Of a DNA stretch of 64,000 bases, positions 10,990 to 21,700 are shown piece by piece. The translations under genes were made by a program, and so were the position numbers. Every line of letters begins with the position of its first letter. Position 1 is the first letter of the stretch. This DNA is from an uncultured bacterium (GTDB lineage: Bacteria > Chloroflexota > UBA5177 > JANWHV01), in NCBI GenBank assembly GCA_963729625.1, contig CAVSOU010000011.1, positions 160,001 through 224,000 on the forward strand. Direction: 5' to 3'. A model generated the notes under the pieces. It saw nothing but the letters and a program-made list of their open reading frames with translations. It ran no database searches and was not told the origin of the DNA.

Positions 10990-11545
10990 GGCGCTGGTCA
11001 GCGCTTCTTCAGCCCATTCGTTGACACCAGGAGACTCTCGACGTCGCTCCACCGGATGTCCGACCGAGTCGAGTCCTAGCTTGCAGACTGTCGAGGAGCG
11101 CCAGCGTGGGCATGCTCTCGGGAAAGAGTCGGGCGATCTCCGCAGCCCGATTGGGGAGTGCCTGTATAGCCAATGCCTGACGCTGCTCGCCTTCGTGGGT
11201 GCCGAAAGTCGTTCCACAACAGGCGAACGCGGAGAATGGATCCTACCTTCGAGCCTCAGTGGTCATTTCGAAGCTGGCGGGATCGTAGATCAGGACGTTC
11301 GGGCTCGCGCCGTCACCACCGTTGCTCCCATTCAATCGGCGATATGCCGACTCGGCGGAGCGTCTGGCCTGCAGGGGCGACCCACCGGCAGAGACTGAGA
11401 TCGCTCGGGGGGCTTCCAAGCCCCTTAGCAGGTCCGCGAAGTCGCGCTGCGAGTCATACCAGACCACTACTCGGGGTTCACGCAGCAGGGCGTTGACGCG
11501 GTCACGGATATGGGCGGAGACCGGCCCCGGCGCGGCAGTCGTCAT
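10990..11545 (-). pseudogene. pglZ: BREX PglZ N-terminal remnant with internal TAG; 3' boundary approximate
   Basis: RDRVNALLREPRVVVWYDSQRDF...NVLIY...*DPFSAFA..G..FG; located downstream of a pglX C-terminus. Confidence 0.65.
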
Positions 11546-11586
11546 CTATATCCTCGCGCCTCACTCCTATCGTGAAGCCATGCCGA

Positions 11587-11700
11587 GATTCACGTGCCAC
11601 GATGTCTGCGTCGATGCCCCAGGATTCACGTGCCACGATGTCTGCGCCGATGCCCCAGGATTCACGTGCCACGATGTCTGCGTCGATGCCCCAGGATTCA
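11587..11700. repeat. 36-bp tandem repeat, 3 copies plus partial
   Basis: gattcacgtgccacgatgtctgcg(t/c)cgatgccccag at 11587, 11623, 11659; no spacers. Confidence 0.95.
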
Positions 11701-11819
11701 TCCTGGGCAGCCTCATGGCCCACCTAGCGTGGGCTTCGGCCCGCTTCCGCGGGTTCACCTTGGCCTGAGTTTAGTGGTGGCCTCCGATGCCAGCCTTAAT
11801 GGTCGAGCGCGTGCAGCTG

Positions 11820-12389
11820 TCAGGGGCCCATGTCCTTTGCGCCTGTTCCATTTGGCGGTTCTTCAGCTTGCCGACTTCGCCCCTGCTCGCGCAGGAGCAA
11901 CGTGGCTTCTAGCAGCGGGAGCATGGCCAAATCCTTGGCGCGACCAGCAGCCCGCTTTGCCTTCATCAGACCGGCGAGGTCGAGTACTGCGACATCAAGT
12001 TCATCAAAGCGGACAGTGGCCGCCTCACGAAGGACTTCCGGATATCCACCCAATCCGTCTACCTGGCTCAGTAGATCGATCGGACCAGCATCAGTTTGCA
12101 GAGTCAAGTTCGGTGAATCGCGCAGAGTGCGCTCGTCCCAACGCCAAGGAAGCGTGTGGGCCACCTCGTCCGGCATCCCTTCCACGCGCAAGCGTGGAGC
12201 GAGCGGCGCGAGGGCGTCAACCAGGCGAGCACGGTTTTCGGAGTCTGAATCGTAGCAGAAGTCGACGTCCTGCGTGACGAAGGGGACCCCCATGGCCACG
12301 GCTGCCATGCCGCCGATCAGCACCACACGAGCGCCGGTTTCGCGAAAGCGGCGCAGGAATTGGAACGTGTCGAGCTTCGGCGTGTTCAT
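11820..12389 (-). CDS. Nucleotidyltransferase (Pol-beta superfamily, AbiEii/DUF6036-like putative toxin)
   Basis: VLIGGMAA...TQDVD...GPIDLL...LMKAKRAAGRAKD. Confidence 0.8.
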   Translation of the reverse strand: MNTPKLDTFQFLRRFRETGARVVLIGGMAAVAMGVPFVTQDVDFCYDSDSENRARLVDALAPLAPRLRVEGMPDEVAHTLPWRWDERTLRDSPNLTLQTDAGPIDLLSQVDGLGGYPEVLREAATVRFDELDVAVLDLAGLMKAKRAAGRAKDLAMLPLLEATLLLREQGRSRQAEEPPNGTGAKDMGP

Positions 12390-12880
12390 TGTCTGGCTTC
12401 ACTCTGCCTAGTCGCACGCTGCAGCCGCCGCACGAGCATGAGCTGTCTCTCCATATTGGCGATGCGCGCGGTCGGGGTTTGCGCAAGCGTTGACTCCACC
12501 AGCGACAGGTCCACACCCCAGCGCTGCAGATCGCGCAGACGTGCGTTCCGTCGAGCCGCCTCAGCAGCGCGAGGTCCGGACGGAGAAGGTTCCGCATGCG
12601 GGCGCTCGCCCTGCACAAAGCGGCGTACCAGATCGGGCAGGCTGTCGGTGCTGCCGCGATCCTCCGCCTGCCTGATGAACGCGGGTAGCAAGTGAATGTC
12701 GCGTATGGGCGTCTCGCGGGCCAGCATGCCCCCGGGGCCACCAGCCAGGTCCGTCTCCGCCTGCGCGGCAAGCAGGGCCAGCGCCAGCGCTCTGCTGCCG
12801 GCGGTATCCGGCGATAGCTCGGCCCCCATCACTGGCTGCAACCGGGCGTTGAAGGATTGCACGCGCGCCTCACTTATCAC
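12386..12880 (-). CDS. Putative partner/antitoxin of the nucleotidyltransferase
   Basis: C-terminal WGVDLSLVESTLAQTPTARI motif; ATGA overlap with NTase. Confidence 0.55.
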   Translation of the reverse strand: MISEARVQSFNARLQPVMGAELSPDTAGSRALALALLAAQAETDLAGGPGGMLARETPIRDIHLLPAFIRQAEDRGSTDSLPDLVRRFVQGERPHAEPSPSGPRAAEAARRNARLRDLQRWGVDLSLVESTLAQTPTARIANMERQLMLVRRLQRATRQSEARQ

Positions 12881-13391
12881 CGTCTGCCTCGGTGTCCGGC
12901 GTGGCGACGGTGGAGCGCGCGCGCCCGCGCCGCTTCTTGGCCGCGGCACCGACCGGCTCCACGTACAGTTCCTCCAGGACGTGTGCGATGGCCAGAGACT
13001 TGTCGGTGCGGCATTTCTCGTGCACCCGATCGGGCCAGATCGTGTAGGCCAGGTGCGCCCAATCGTAGTCGCCGCGCTCCAGCCTATTCCAGCACTCCTT
13101 GGTGTCTTTCGCCCACTTCGGCACGCGGAACAGGCGGTGCAGCGGGGCTGCGTTGATGATCACGCCGTCGTATGCGCCGAGCCGGCCGATCTGCTGGTCG
13201 TGCACGATGGCAGCGGCGCGACTGACGGTCTCCAGACTGGCGCTGAGAACGGTGCGGGGAAACAACCGAGCCAGCATGCGCCTGCCCACGGGGCTGGTCA
13301 CGGACGTGCCCCACCACGGCGTTGCCGCGTCTTCGCCGGGGCTTCCCACGAGGTAGCGCGCCTGGATGATCGACTCCGCCCACTGTGCCAT
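12870..13391 (-). pseudogene. In-frame chimera of BrxE N-terminus and PglX-type methyltransferase C-terminus
   Basis: RYLVG..GE..WW...LFPRT...AAAIVHDQQIGRLGAY joined to DGVIINAAPL...GDYDWAHLAYTIWPDRV.EKC.TDKSLAIAH. Confidence 0.75.
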
Positions 13392-13550
13392 GTCGCGCAC
13401 CCTTCAATAGCGTGACCAGGTCGTGAGTAGCGACAACGTCAGCACGCACAACGGTACCACTTTTCGCCCGCGCTAAACTAAGCAGTATTCAACGCTGTGC
13501 GTACTGACTGGCCTGAGCCATGCCCGCAGCCAAACGTCCACGCCGCGTCC

Positions 13551-14399
13551 TCACGCACGCCGGGCGCCCGATCCAGCACTGCGTTGCCCGGCCGGAGCCG
13601 GCCCCTTCAACCAGTACTCGAACGGACCGATATCGGCGAAGCCGAGTCGCAGATAGATGGGATGGCCCATGTCCGTGGCCTGGAGGACTGCTGGTAGTTC
13701 GGGGGCGGAGGCGATCGCCTGCGCGGTGAGGGCGGTTCCGTATCCTCGGTCGCGCGCGTCGGGAAGCGTCGCTACGGCCGTCACATCGAGCACGTGCTGA
13801 TCGGCAATCGCGGTGGCGGTCGCTACCGCGCGATCATCTACATATCCAAGCCAGGTGCGAATGCGTCCGGTGAGTCCCCGCGGGTCAAATAACGAGCCGG
13901 GCGGCGCAGTTTGGAGGTCGGTCAGGCCAAGGCCGTCGATGGCCACCCGTTCCGCGTCCGCCAGCATGGTGGTATCGGTCGCTTCCACCACGCGCAGTTC
14001 GCGTGGCGTGCCGGGCAGGACGCCGCCGGATCTGCGCGCCATGCACGTGTCGGTAGAGAGCAGGTCGTAGCCCAGTGCCTCGAGAGCAGGGGACGGCCAA
14101 CTACACAGGAGCAGCCATAGCGCTCCGGGCCGCTCGGCATAGAACTGACTCAGTCGGCCATGCAAGTCTCCGACACTTCCCGGGTCGATGGGGCGAAGGA
14201 GCGTTGCGCAATTGAGGAAGGGGCTGGGACTCTCTAGGTCAACTGCAGATGCGTCCTCCCAAAGGAACCAGCGGCCATTCCGGTCATGCGCAAGTTGCTC
14301 GTACAGGAAAGACAGGCTAGCGGCCGAGAGGTGCAGCCATGCTGCGACATCGGCCAGTGACGGCACACCAGTGTGGTGGGACCCAGTGGGCGCTGCCAT
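13551..14399 (-). CDS. GNAT family N-acetyltransferase
   Basis: VATLPDARDRGYGTALT...LQATDMGHPIYLRLGF. Confidence 0.85.
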   Translation of the reverse strand: MAAPTGSHHTGVPSLADVAAWLHLSAASLSFLYEQLAHDRNGRWFLWEDASAVDLESPSPFLNCATLLRPIDPGSVGDLHGRLSQFYAERPGALWLLLCSWPSPALEALGYDLLSTDTCMARRSGGVLPGTPRELRVVEATDTTMLADAERVAIDGLGLTDLQTAPPGSLFDPRGLTGRIRTWLGYVDDRAVATATAIADQHVLDVTAVATLPDARDRGYGTALTAQAIASAPELPAVLQATDMGHPIYLRLGFADIGPFEYWLKGPAPAGQRSAGSGARRA

Positions 14400-14652
14400 G
14401 AGCGTCTCCATTTCACGCGCAACGTTCGTTTCCGGCCGAGGTCGGGCCGAAGGCTCGCCCGTCAATGGGAAGCATTGTATCAGGAGGCCCCACGCCAGGC
14501 ACACAGTCACGACTAAGCCTCCATGCAACGGTCGGTGGCGGGAAGGAACGCACAAACGAGGTGTGTGCGCTGCGCCTTGTAACATCACCATCGGCTCGAT
14601 CGGGAGGGTGGAGGCAACAGGGCGCACGCGGTGCCGCCTTTGACGCCCGCCA

Positions 14653-14687
14653 TTGACACTGTCGTAAGACAACGTTACAATTGTCTT
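14653..14687 (+). promoter_or_regulatory. Promoter TTGACA-17-TACAAT with inverted repeat AAGACAA/TTGTCTT flanking the -10; leaderless start
   Basis: ttgaca 14653, tacaat 14676, IR arms 14666-14672 and 14681-14687, GTG at 14688. Confidence 0.75.
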
Positions 14688-15140
14688 GTGATTCCCCCGT
14701 GTGCAGCTGATACCGGACGCCTCCCGCCTGGCATGCATGAGGCAACCTGGCATGAGATCCTTGTACGCTACGGGTTCAACGCGAGGCGCCTGCGGTTGCT
14801 CGCGGGATTCAAGGCCGCGCTGGATAGCCTGCGCCAGGTTGGCTGCGCGAGAGTCTACCTCGACGGGAGTTTTGTCATGGCGAAGGAGCTACCAAATGAC
14901 TTCGACGCCTGCTGGGAAATGGCTGGGCTGGACTTCGATGCCCTCGACTCCCTCCAACCGACCTTGCTCGATTGGAGTCACCGCCGAGCAGCGCAGAAAG
15001 CGATGTTCGGCGGTGAGCTGTTCATTGCCGAATCCGCCGCCGATCCCTGGGGCACGCCCTACCTCGAGTTCTTCCAGCGCGATCGGGATTCCGGGGAGCC
15101 AAAGGGCATCGTCGCCCTCAGTCTAGGAGACCTGCCATGA
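14688..15140 (+). CDS. DUF6932-like nucleotidyltransferase-fold protein (putative toxin)
   Basis: GRLPPGMH...YLDGSFV.AKELPNDFD...FFQRDR..PKGIV. Confidence 0.75.
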   Translation: MIPPCAADTGRLPPGMHEATWHEILVRYGFNARRLRLLAGFKAALDSLRQVGCARVYLDGSFVMAKELPNDFDACWEMAGLDFDALDSLQPTLLDWSHRRAAQKAMFGGELFIAESAADPWGTPYLEFFQRDRDSGEPKGIVALSLGDLP

Positions 15141-15607
15141 TCACCAATGAGCGCCAATATCGGATTACCAAGAGCTGGCTTGAGCGCTTTGCCCAGGCAC
15201 GGGCGGGCGTCGAGACGCACGCGAGCAGCCTGCAGCCGCGCGCCGCTCAGGCCCTGCGCGATCAATACGACAGCCAGCTTGAGGAGTTCCGCCAAGACAT
15301 CGCGGACTACGAGTCGCTGCGCCGCGGTGAGATTACGGTCCTTGAATTGCATTCGCTCGGCGAACTGCCGGAAGCACTCATACGCGCGCGTACGGCGGCA
15401 AAGCTGTCACAGCAGGACCTAGCCATACGCCTCGGCCTGAAGAAGCAGCAGGTACAGCGGTACGAAGCGACACGCTATGCCGGCGTCAGCCTCGCGCGCA
15501 TCCAGGCCGTGGCCGAGGCGCTGGGCCTGACGATCCACGAACAGGTCGTGTTCGGGGTCCTCCCTGCTGAAAGAGGGGCAGAGCCGGCGGAGTCGGTGTC
15601 GGCATAG
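15137..15607 (+). CDS. XRE-family HTH protein (putative antitoxin)
   Basis: MITNERQYRIT...LIRARTAAKLSQQDLAIRLGLKKQQVQRYE; ATGA overlap. Confidence 0.85.
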   Translation: MITNERQYRITKSWLERFAQARAGVETHASSLQPRAAQALRDQYDSQLEEFRQDIADYESLRRGEITVLELHSLGELPEALIRARTAAKLSQQDLAIRLGLKKQQVQRYEATRYAGVSLARIQAVAEALGLTIHEQVVFGVLPAERGAEPAESVSA

Positions 15608-15776
15608 TCTCCGTGCTGTCGAACGGGACCGCAGAGAAGGAGAGTGTGTCGGCACTGCTCGATGGGGCGTGCACACGGGCCACACCGCGCCGGATTAGCG
15701 ACCACGGAGGCGGAGGCGGTGCTCATGACCTCAGTGCGTCACTTGCCACGCCACGCAGGGGCTACTTGTAGGGCAA

Positions 15777-15944
15777 CTACGAAGCATTCTCGGCCGTTGG
15801 CAGTGTCAGCTGGGCTCGGATACGTACGCCAAGTGCGTCCACTATCGCCTGCGCGCGCTCCAGACTCACACCGGTGTAGCGGGTGGATTCGTAGCGTTGC
15901 ACCTGCTGTTCCTTCAACCCAAGTCGCACAGCAAGCTCTTTCAT
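15777..15944 (-). pseudogene. Fragment of a paralogous XRE HTH gene
   Basis: KELAVRLGLKEQQVQRYESTRYTGVSLERAQAIVDALGV, close to the C-terminal part of 15137-15607. Confidence 0.75.
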
Positions 15945-16123
15945 CGCCGACCTAGCGACCCGCCGCACGCCCTGGAACGATCTGAAAGCCGAGCCCGATC
16001 GCCCCACGCGCAAGCATCTGCAGGAGTTGTTGGCCCCGTCGCCTCCGCCCCTTCGCGCGCCTGCACCCAGACCGCCGGCATGCAAAACTGCCAAACGAAC
16101 ACGCTCCCTCCATCGCTCCCACC

Positions 16124-16473
16124 CCTGCCCGCTGGCCACGGCAGCCGCCCTCGGTCGTCCCGCGCTCAGGCCACCGTGCGCGGGCGGATCCATCTGCGGC
16201 ATCGGTGAACATCTGTGGCATCGCTGTCTCTGCAGACCGCCTGCCCGCTGGCCACGGCAGCCGCTCTCGGTCGTCGTGCGGACAGGCCGCCGTGCACGGG
16301 CGGGCCCATCTGCGGCATCGGTGAACATCGGTGGCATCGGTGTTTCTGGAGACCGCCTGCCCGCTGGCCACGGCAGCCGCTCTCGGTCGTCGTGCGGACA
16401 GGCCGCCGTGCACGGGCGGACCCATCTGCGGCATCGGTGAACATCGGTGGCATCGCTGTCTCTGCAGACCGCC
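16124..16473. repeat. 116-bp tandem repeat, 3 copies
   Basis: Units starting cctgcccgctggccacggcagccgc at 16124, 16240, 16356. Confidence 0.93.
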
Positions 16474-16599
16474 GATCGATCGATCACGACCCTCTGCGTA
16501 GCACTGCCTGTGACCCTCCGCCCCCAGATTCTGTATCATGCTGACGATCCCACCGGGACTCGGTGGATCGGGCAGACAGGAGCGAGGAGCTGTCGAGTG

Positions 16600-17538
16600 A
16601 TGGTTGCCGATGGCGAGCGCATTCCGGTCATCCTGGATACCGATATCGGGACAGACGTGGACGATATCCTCGCTCTGGCTCTCCTGCTCCGTTCAGCCGC
16701 CATCGACCTGCGCGCCGTAACGACCGTCTACGCAAATGCGGCGCTTCGCTCGCGCATCGTCAAAGCCGTGCTGTCCGCCGCCGGCCGGCCGGACGTGCCG
16801 GTCGGCTGCGGGGTCGATTGGCCGCTGGTCGTTCGCGGCTCGACCTACTGGGGAGGCTGCGAAGGCGAAGGAATCCTGGAAGGCGCCCCCGAGCTGCCGG
16901 AAGCGTTGCCGTACGCCGTCGACCTGATGACCGATCTCGTGCTCGCCGATCCCGGCGCCGTGACCGTCCTCGCCATTGGGCCGCTGACCAATCTCGCCCT
17001 GGCAATCGCCCGCGAGCCGCGCGTGTCCACTTCTGTCCGGCGCATCGCGATCATGGGGGGCATCGTGCAGCGCCGCTTCGACCAGCTCACGTTGCCCTAC
17101 GTCGAGCACAACATGCGCTGCGATCCGGAGGCGGCACAGCTCGTGCTGGCGTCGGGCGCGCCGATCACTCTTGTGCCTCTTGACGTCACCACTCAGGTCA
17201 TGCTCCGGCGAAGCGACTTGACCGGCCTGGCCGGCGACAGCCTGGGCGCGTTGCTGGCAGACCAGATCGATCGGTACCTCAAGCACGCCGGCCGGGACTG
17301 GACGCACCCGCACGATCCGCTTGCGGCCGCGCTGTTGCTCCATCCGGAGTTCGTGCGGACGCATCGTATGCACGTCTCTGTGGAGACTCGCGGCGAGGTG
17401 ACGTGCGGACAGACTGTCGCCACAATGGCAGGGGATGGCGATCCGGCCCGGGCGGTCGTCGACGTGGCCCTGAGCGTTGATGCCCATGCCTTTGAATCAT
17501 GGCTGGTGCCTTGTCTGGCCGGGGCCGCGACTGTCTGA
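16600..17538 (+). CDS. Nucleoside hydrolase (IU-NH family)
   Basis: ILDTDIGTDVDD, IGPLTNLA, EHNMRCDPEAA, PLDVT, HDPLA. Confidence 0.92.
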   Translation: MVADGERIPVILDTDIGTDVDDILALALLLRSAAIDLRAVTTVYANAALRSRIVKAVLSAAGRPDVPVGCGVDWPLVVRGSTYWGGCEGEGILEGAPELPEALPYAVDLMTDLVLADPGAVTVLAIGPLTNLALAIAREPRVSTSVRRIAIMGGIVQRRFDQLTLPYVEHNMRCDPEAAQLVLASGAPITLVPLDVTTQVMLRRSDLTGLAGDSLGALLADQIDRYLKHAGRDWTHPHDPLAAALLLHPEFVRTHRMHVSVETRGEVTCGQTVATMAGDGDPARAVVDVALSVDAHAFESWLVPCLAGAATV

Positions 17539-17672
17539 AGACGGTTGTCAGCAGCTACTCCCGCTGGGACCGCAGTGTCAGGCCGCGCCAACAACATAAC
17601 AAATGACGATTGACAGGAGCTCTGGTCGCCCACGTCGGGAACGCCCTCGGTTTCAGAGCGGCTCGAATCGGT

Positions 17673-18548
17673 TCATGAAGAGCCTGGTTCAGGCTCGGTG
17701 AAACGCGCGATCTCGATTTGCTCGAGACGCGCCATCATGCGCACAAACAGCCACAGCAAAGCGATGCCGAGCACCGCGTCGCCGCCATCCATCATGATGT
17801 TGCCGGCCAATACCTGATCGTCGAGTACTGACATACCCCAGAGGCGCGGAACGCGGGTGTAGTAGGCGTAGACCGGCGAGCCGGCAAGAATAATGATGAA
17901 CCCGAGAGCCGACTCGGGAATCGTCGCCAGCAGCACGTACAGGAAGCGCCAGGCGTAGCTCAGCTGCGGCTTGCCTGGATAGGGCTGCAGGATCACCCAC
18001 CAGAACGGGAGCGCCGCGGCGAAGAAGCAGGCGTGCTCCAGCACGTGAAGATTCTCATCCTGCAGCGCGGCGTCAAAGAGAGTCGGGACATGCCACCCCA
18101 ACACCACCCCTGCAAAGAGCGGCCAGGCGAAGAACGGTGATGTCAGTATGTCGGTCAGCCGCCTGAACCAGGTGACTCGAGCATGTCGCGCGGCTACCCA
18201 GCGGACCAGCCCGCGAGGTGCGCCCACGACAAGCACCGGAATCGGCTTGCCCAGCAACAGGAGCGGCGGCGCCACCATCAGCAGCAAGAAGTGCTGGACC
18301 ATGTGCACGGACAGAAGGTCATTGCTCAAGCTGTCTATCGGCGAGAGCAGAGCCGCAGCCACCGCAAGCAGGCCCAGAGCAAAGTACGACTCGTGCAAAA
18401 TTGTCACTGTTCGCCGCAGCCGCCCGCGCCGCCGGAGCGTGCGCAAGCCTCTCACGTAGATGAGCGCAGCCAGTACTGTACTTACGATCACGCTCGGCGT
18501 GAAGGTCCACTGCTGGAGAATGGTGACGAGCGATGGATTGGTACTCAT
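17673..18548 (-). CDS. ctaG: Cytochrome c oxidase assembly protein (caa3-type CtaG)
   Basis: SVHMVQHFLLLMVAPPLLLLG, WHVP.LFD, HVLEH, DQVLAG.IM. Confidence 0.9.
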   Translation of the reverse strand: MSTNPSLVTILQQWTFTPSVIVSTVLAALIYVRGLRTLRRRGRLRRTVTILHESYFALGLLAVAAALLSPIDSLSNDLLSVHMVQHFLLLMVAPPLLLLGKPIPVLVVGAPRGLVRWVAARHARVTWFRRLTDILTSPFFAWPLFAGVVLGWHVPTLFDAALQDENLHVLEHACFFAAALPFWWVILQPYPGKPQLSYAWRFLYVLLATIPESALGFIIILAGSPVYAYYTRVPRLWGMSVLDDQVLAGNIMMDGGDAVLGIALLWLFVRMMARLEQIEIARFTEPEPGSS

Positions 18549-18754
18549 AGCTCAGAGTAGCACAGCTTTCGCCACTCTCCCGCGGCTCAGGCTCACAACA
18601 GTATGCAGCTGTCACCAGCCGGTAATGGCGCTGTCATGAAACCATCATCTTCTTGTTGCGGTCTGGTCATGCAGCGAACGCACAATTGCTTGTGTAGCCT
18701 GGTGGGGAGAACTATGTGCGATACAGCAGGCATTGACTCTCGGAAGGAGTGACG

Positions 18755-21700
18755 ATGGACACACGATCCCGATTCTTCTTCAGGTACGCGCCTGGCGGCG
18801 TTCGACCCCTCTACGCGGTCTTCGCCGCGGTTGTGGCAGTATGCATGGTCGTGCAGCTTTGGAACCTGATGCCGGCGCACGCGGCCGCTACGTCGTCCCC
18901 GGCGAGTGGCCCTCACGCTCACGCCATCCAGCGGTCCGGTCGGCACGCTCGTTCAAGCCCAAGCCACCGGCTTTCAGGATGGTGAGATCGTCTATCTCTA
19001 CGTAAACAGCCAGCTAAACACCTATACTACGGCCTCCATCGGTTCCGTGAACTTTCACGTTCGCGTTCCCAACAACCGCGAACATTGGCGCCCAGACCGT
19101 TCGACTGCATGGAGTCACGAGCGGCATCGACGTGAGCACGACCTTCAACGTCACGTCGCTCGCCAGCGGCAACCTTTCGCTCGTGCCGACGTCCGGGCCT
19201 GTGGGCACACAGGTAACCGCCACTGGATACGGATACAACCCGTACGAGCAGGTGTACGTGTCGGTATTGGGCTACGGTACGGTATCCACTACCACGGCGT
19301 CGAGCACGGGCGCGGCCACGACTGCCTTCAGCTTCCCGAGCGTCGCCACTGCTGCCGTGGTGACAGTGACGATGTATGGCGCCACCAGCGCCGTCCAGAA
19401 CAGCGCGTCGTTCAGCGTAACGTCTTACTCCAGCAGCACCCTTACGCTCACGCCGGCAAGCGGGGCAGTTGGTACCCTGGTAACAGCCAGCGGCTACGTG
19501 AGCACCTTGACGTATGGCACGTACGCTAACATTCCGGTCACGCTCACCTTCGCAGGCCTGCTGGTAGCGTCGACGTCGACGAACACGAGCGGCTACTTTA
19601 GCGCGACGTTCGTCGTTCCCAGTGCCGTCACTGGTGCGCAGATCGTGACTGCCGCCTCCGCGATCTACGGATTCACGAGCTCTCAGATGTTCTACGTGAC
19701 CTCCGGTTCCAGTACCGCCCTCACCCTCGCGCCGTCGAGCGGAGCGGCGGGAAGCTTGGTAACAGCGAGCGGCTACGTGCCTAACACGACATACGGCGCG
19801 TACGCCAACATCCCGATCGTCATTACGTTCGCAGGCATCCAGGTGGCTTCGGCCACGACGGACAGCACCGGATACTTCACGACGGCGTTCGTCGTTCCGA
19901 ACGGCCTGAGTGGCGTGCAGACCGTAACGGCCACTTCCGCGTATTACGGCTTCAGCGCCTCGCAGGTGTTCACACTCGGTTCGAGTACCGGCCTCACGCT
20001 GACGCCGTCGAGCGGGATCGTGGGGACATCGGTGACTGCAAGCGGCTACGTGACCACCTCGACGTACGGAACCTACAACTTCATACAGATCACGATCACG
20101 TTCGGCAGCACCCAGGTGGCCTCGACCATGACCAACAGCATCGGCTACTACTCGGCAACGTTCAGTGTCCCGAGCGGCGTGAGCGGCTCGCAGACGGTGA
20201 CGGCCACGTCCGCGTCCTACGGCTTCACCGCCGCGCAGATATTCACGGTCGTCTCCCCCAACATCACGCTCAGCAGTACCACGGCAGTGCCTGGGACGCT
20301 CGTGACCGTGACCGGAGGCGGCTTCACGCCGAGCGAAGCGGTGACCTTAAGCTGGTCAAACGGGACCAGCGCCGGGTCTGCTACCGCCGATGCCAGTGGT
20401 AACTTCACTGCGACCGCTACCGTTCCCACAGGACTGACCTCGACCAGCGTCACGATCAGCGCCATCGGCGCGTCAAGCCAGATGACGGCAACGGCCGCGT
20501 TGACTCTTACCGCCGCCACACTCTCAGCCAACCCGGCGAGCCTGGTGGCCGGGAATCAGGTCACATTTGCGGGAGCCGGCTTCGCGCCGGGTGAGGTGGT
20601 GGCGCTGACCGATTCAACCGGTGGCAGCCAGAGCGCGACAGCCGACAACCAGGGGAACTTCAGCGTGACCATCACTATTCCCGGCGCCAGCGCCGGAGGG
20701 AACATCACGTATACCGCGCATGGCGCTACGAGCAAGTCTACCGCCAGCACCACGGTGGCGGTCACCGCGACCGCACCTACTGCGACCGCCACGCCGCAGG
20801 CAACGTCGACGCCGGCTTCATCTCCGACGCCGGGCGTGTCGGCTACGCCGGCAGCCCCGGTGATAGCCACAGGAAGCTCGGCCTGGTATTTTGCGGCAGG
20901 GAGGACTGATCGTGGCTACAGCGAGCAGATCGACCTGCTCAACCCAACTAGCGGCTCCGTACAGGGTACGATCACCACGTATTTCGGAGCAGGAAAGAGC
21001 GCTTCCCAGTCGTTTACCCTGGCGGCACTGAGTCGAGGCACGTACGACGTAGGCACGATCGCGGGGCGGCAAAGCAGCGTCGCCGTCGCCGTCCAGGCCG
21101 GCCAGCCGATACTCGCTGCTGCCACCGGAACGAACGGCACCAGCAACAAGACGGTGCTGAACGGCGTCTCGGCAGGCTCAACCCAGTGGTACTTCGCCGA
21201 CGGCTACACAGGCCTTACGTTCAATGAAACGCTCAGTCTGTTTAACCCGGGCTCGACCGCGGCCAACGCGCAAGTGGTGTGGCCGCTGGAGAGCGGTCAG
21301 CCTGTGCGGCTCGCCGTAAGCGTGCCGGCACATTCGGTCGTGGCAGTGCCGGTCAACCAGCACGTCAACCGCGCTTCGCACGCCACGATCGTCACCGCGG
21401 ACCAGCCCGTGATCGCCGCGCGCACCATGGCCTTTGGCTCCAACGGCCAGGGAACGACGGTCACGCCCGGCGTGACGAATGCCGCCAATGTGCTCTATCT
21501 CGCCGAAGGATCCACCGCTAACGGCTTCCAGGAATTCGTGAGCGTGCTCAATCCGCTGAACACGATAACCGCACACGTGACGGTGACATTCTATGGAGGC
21601 GCCGGGACGGCATTGGGATCTCGAACCCTCACCCTCGGCCCGCTCCGACGCGGCAGTATTGGCGTCAATAGCGTGACACATGCTTCATCCGTGGCTGCCG

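Noticed and set aside
7091-11245. Amber recoding (pyrrolysine or code 15) explaining TAGs in mod and pglZ
   Set aside because: Many intact genes end at TAG in the expected place (e.g. 24638, 39571, 54979); no pyl genes seen
11587-11700. CRISPR array (36-bp repeats)
   Set aside because: Units are directly adjacent with no spacers and there are no cas genes
15952-16544. Repetitive ORFs over the 116-bp repeat
   Set aside because: Unit length is not a multiple of 3 and the translations are low-complexity shadows
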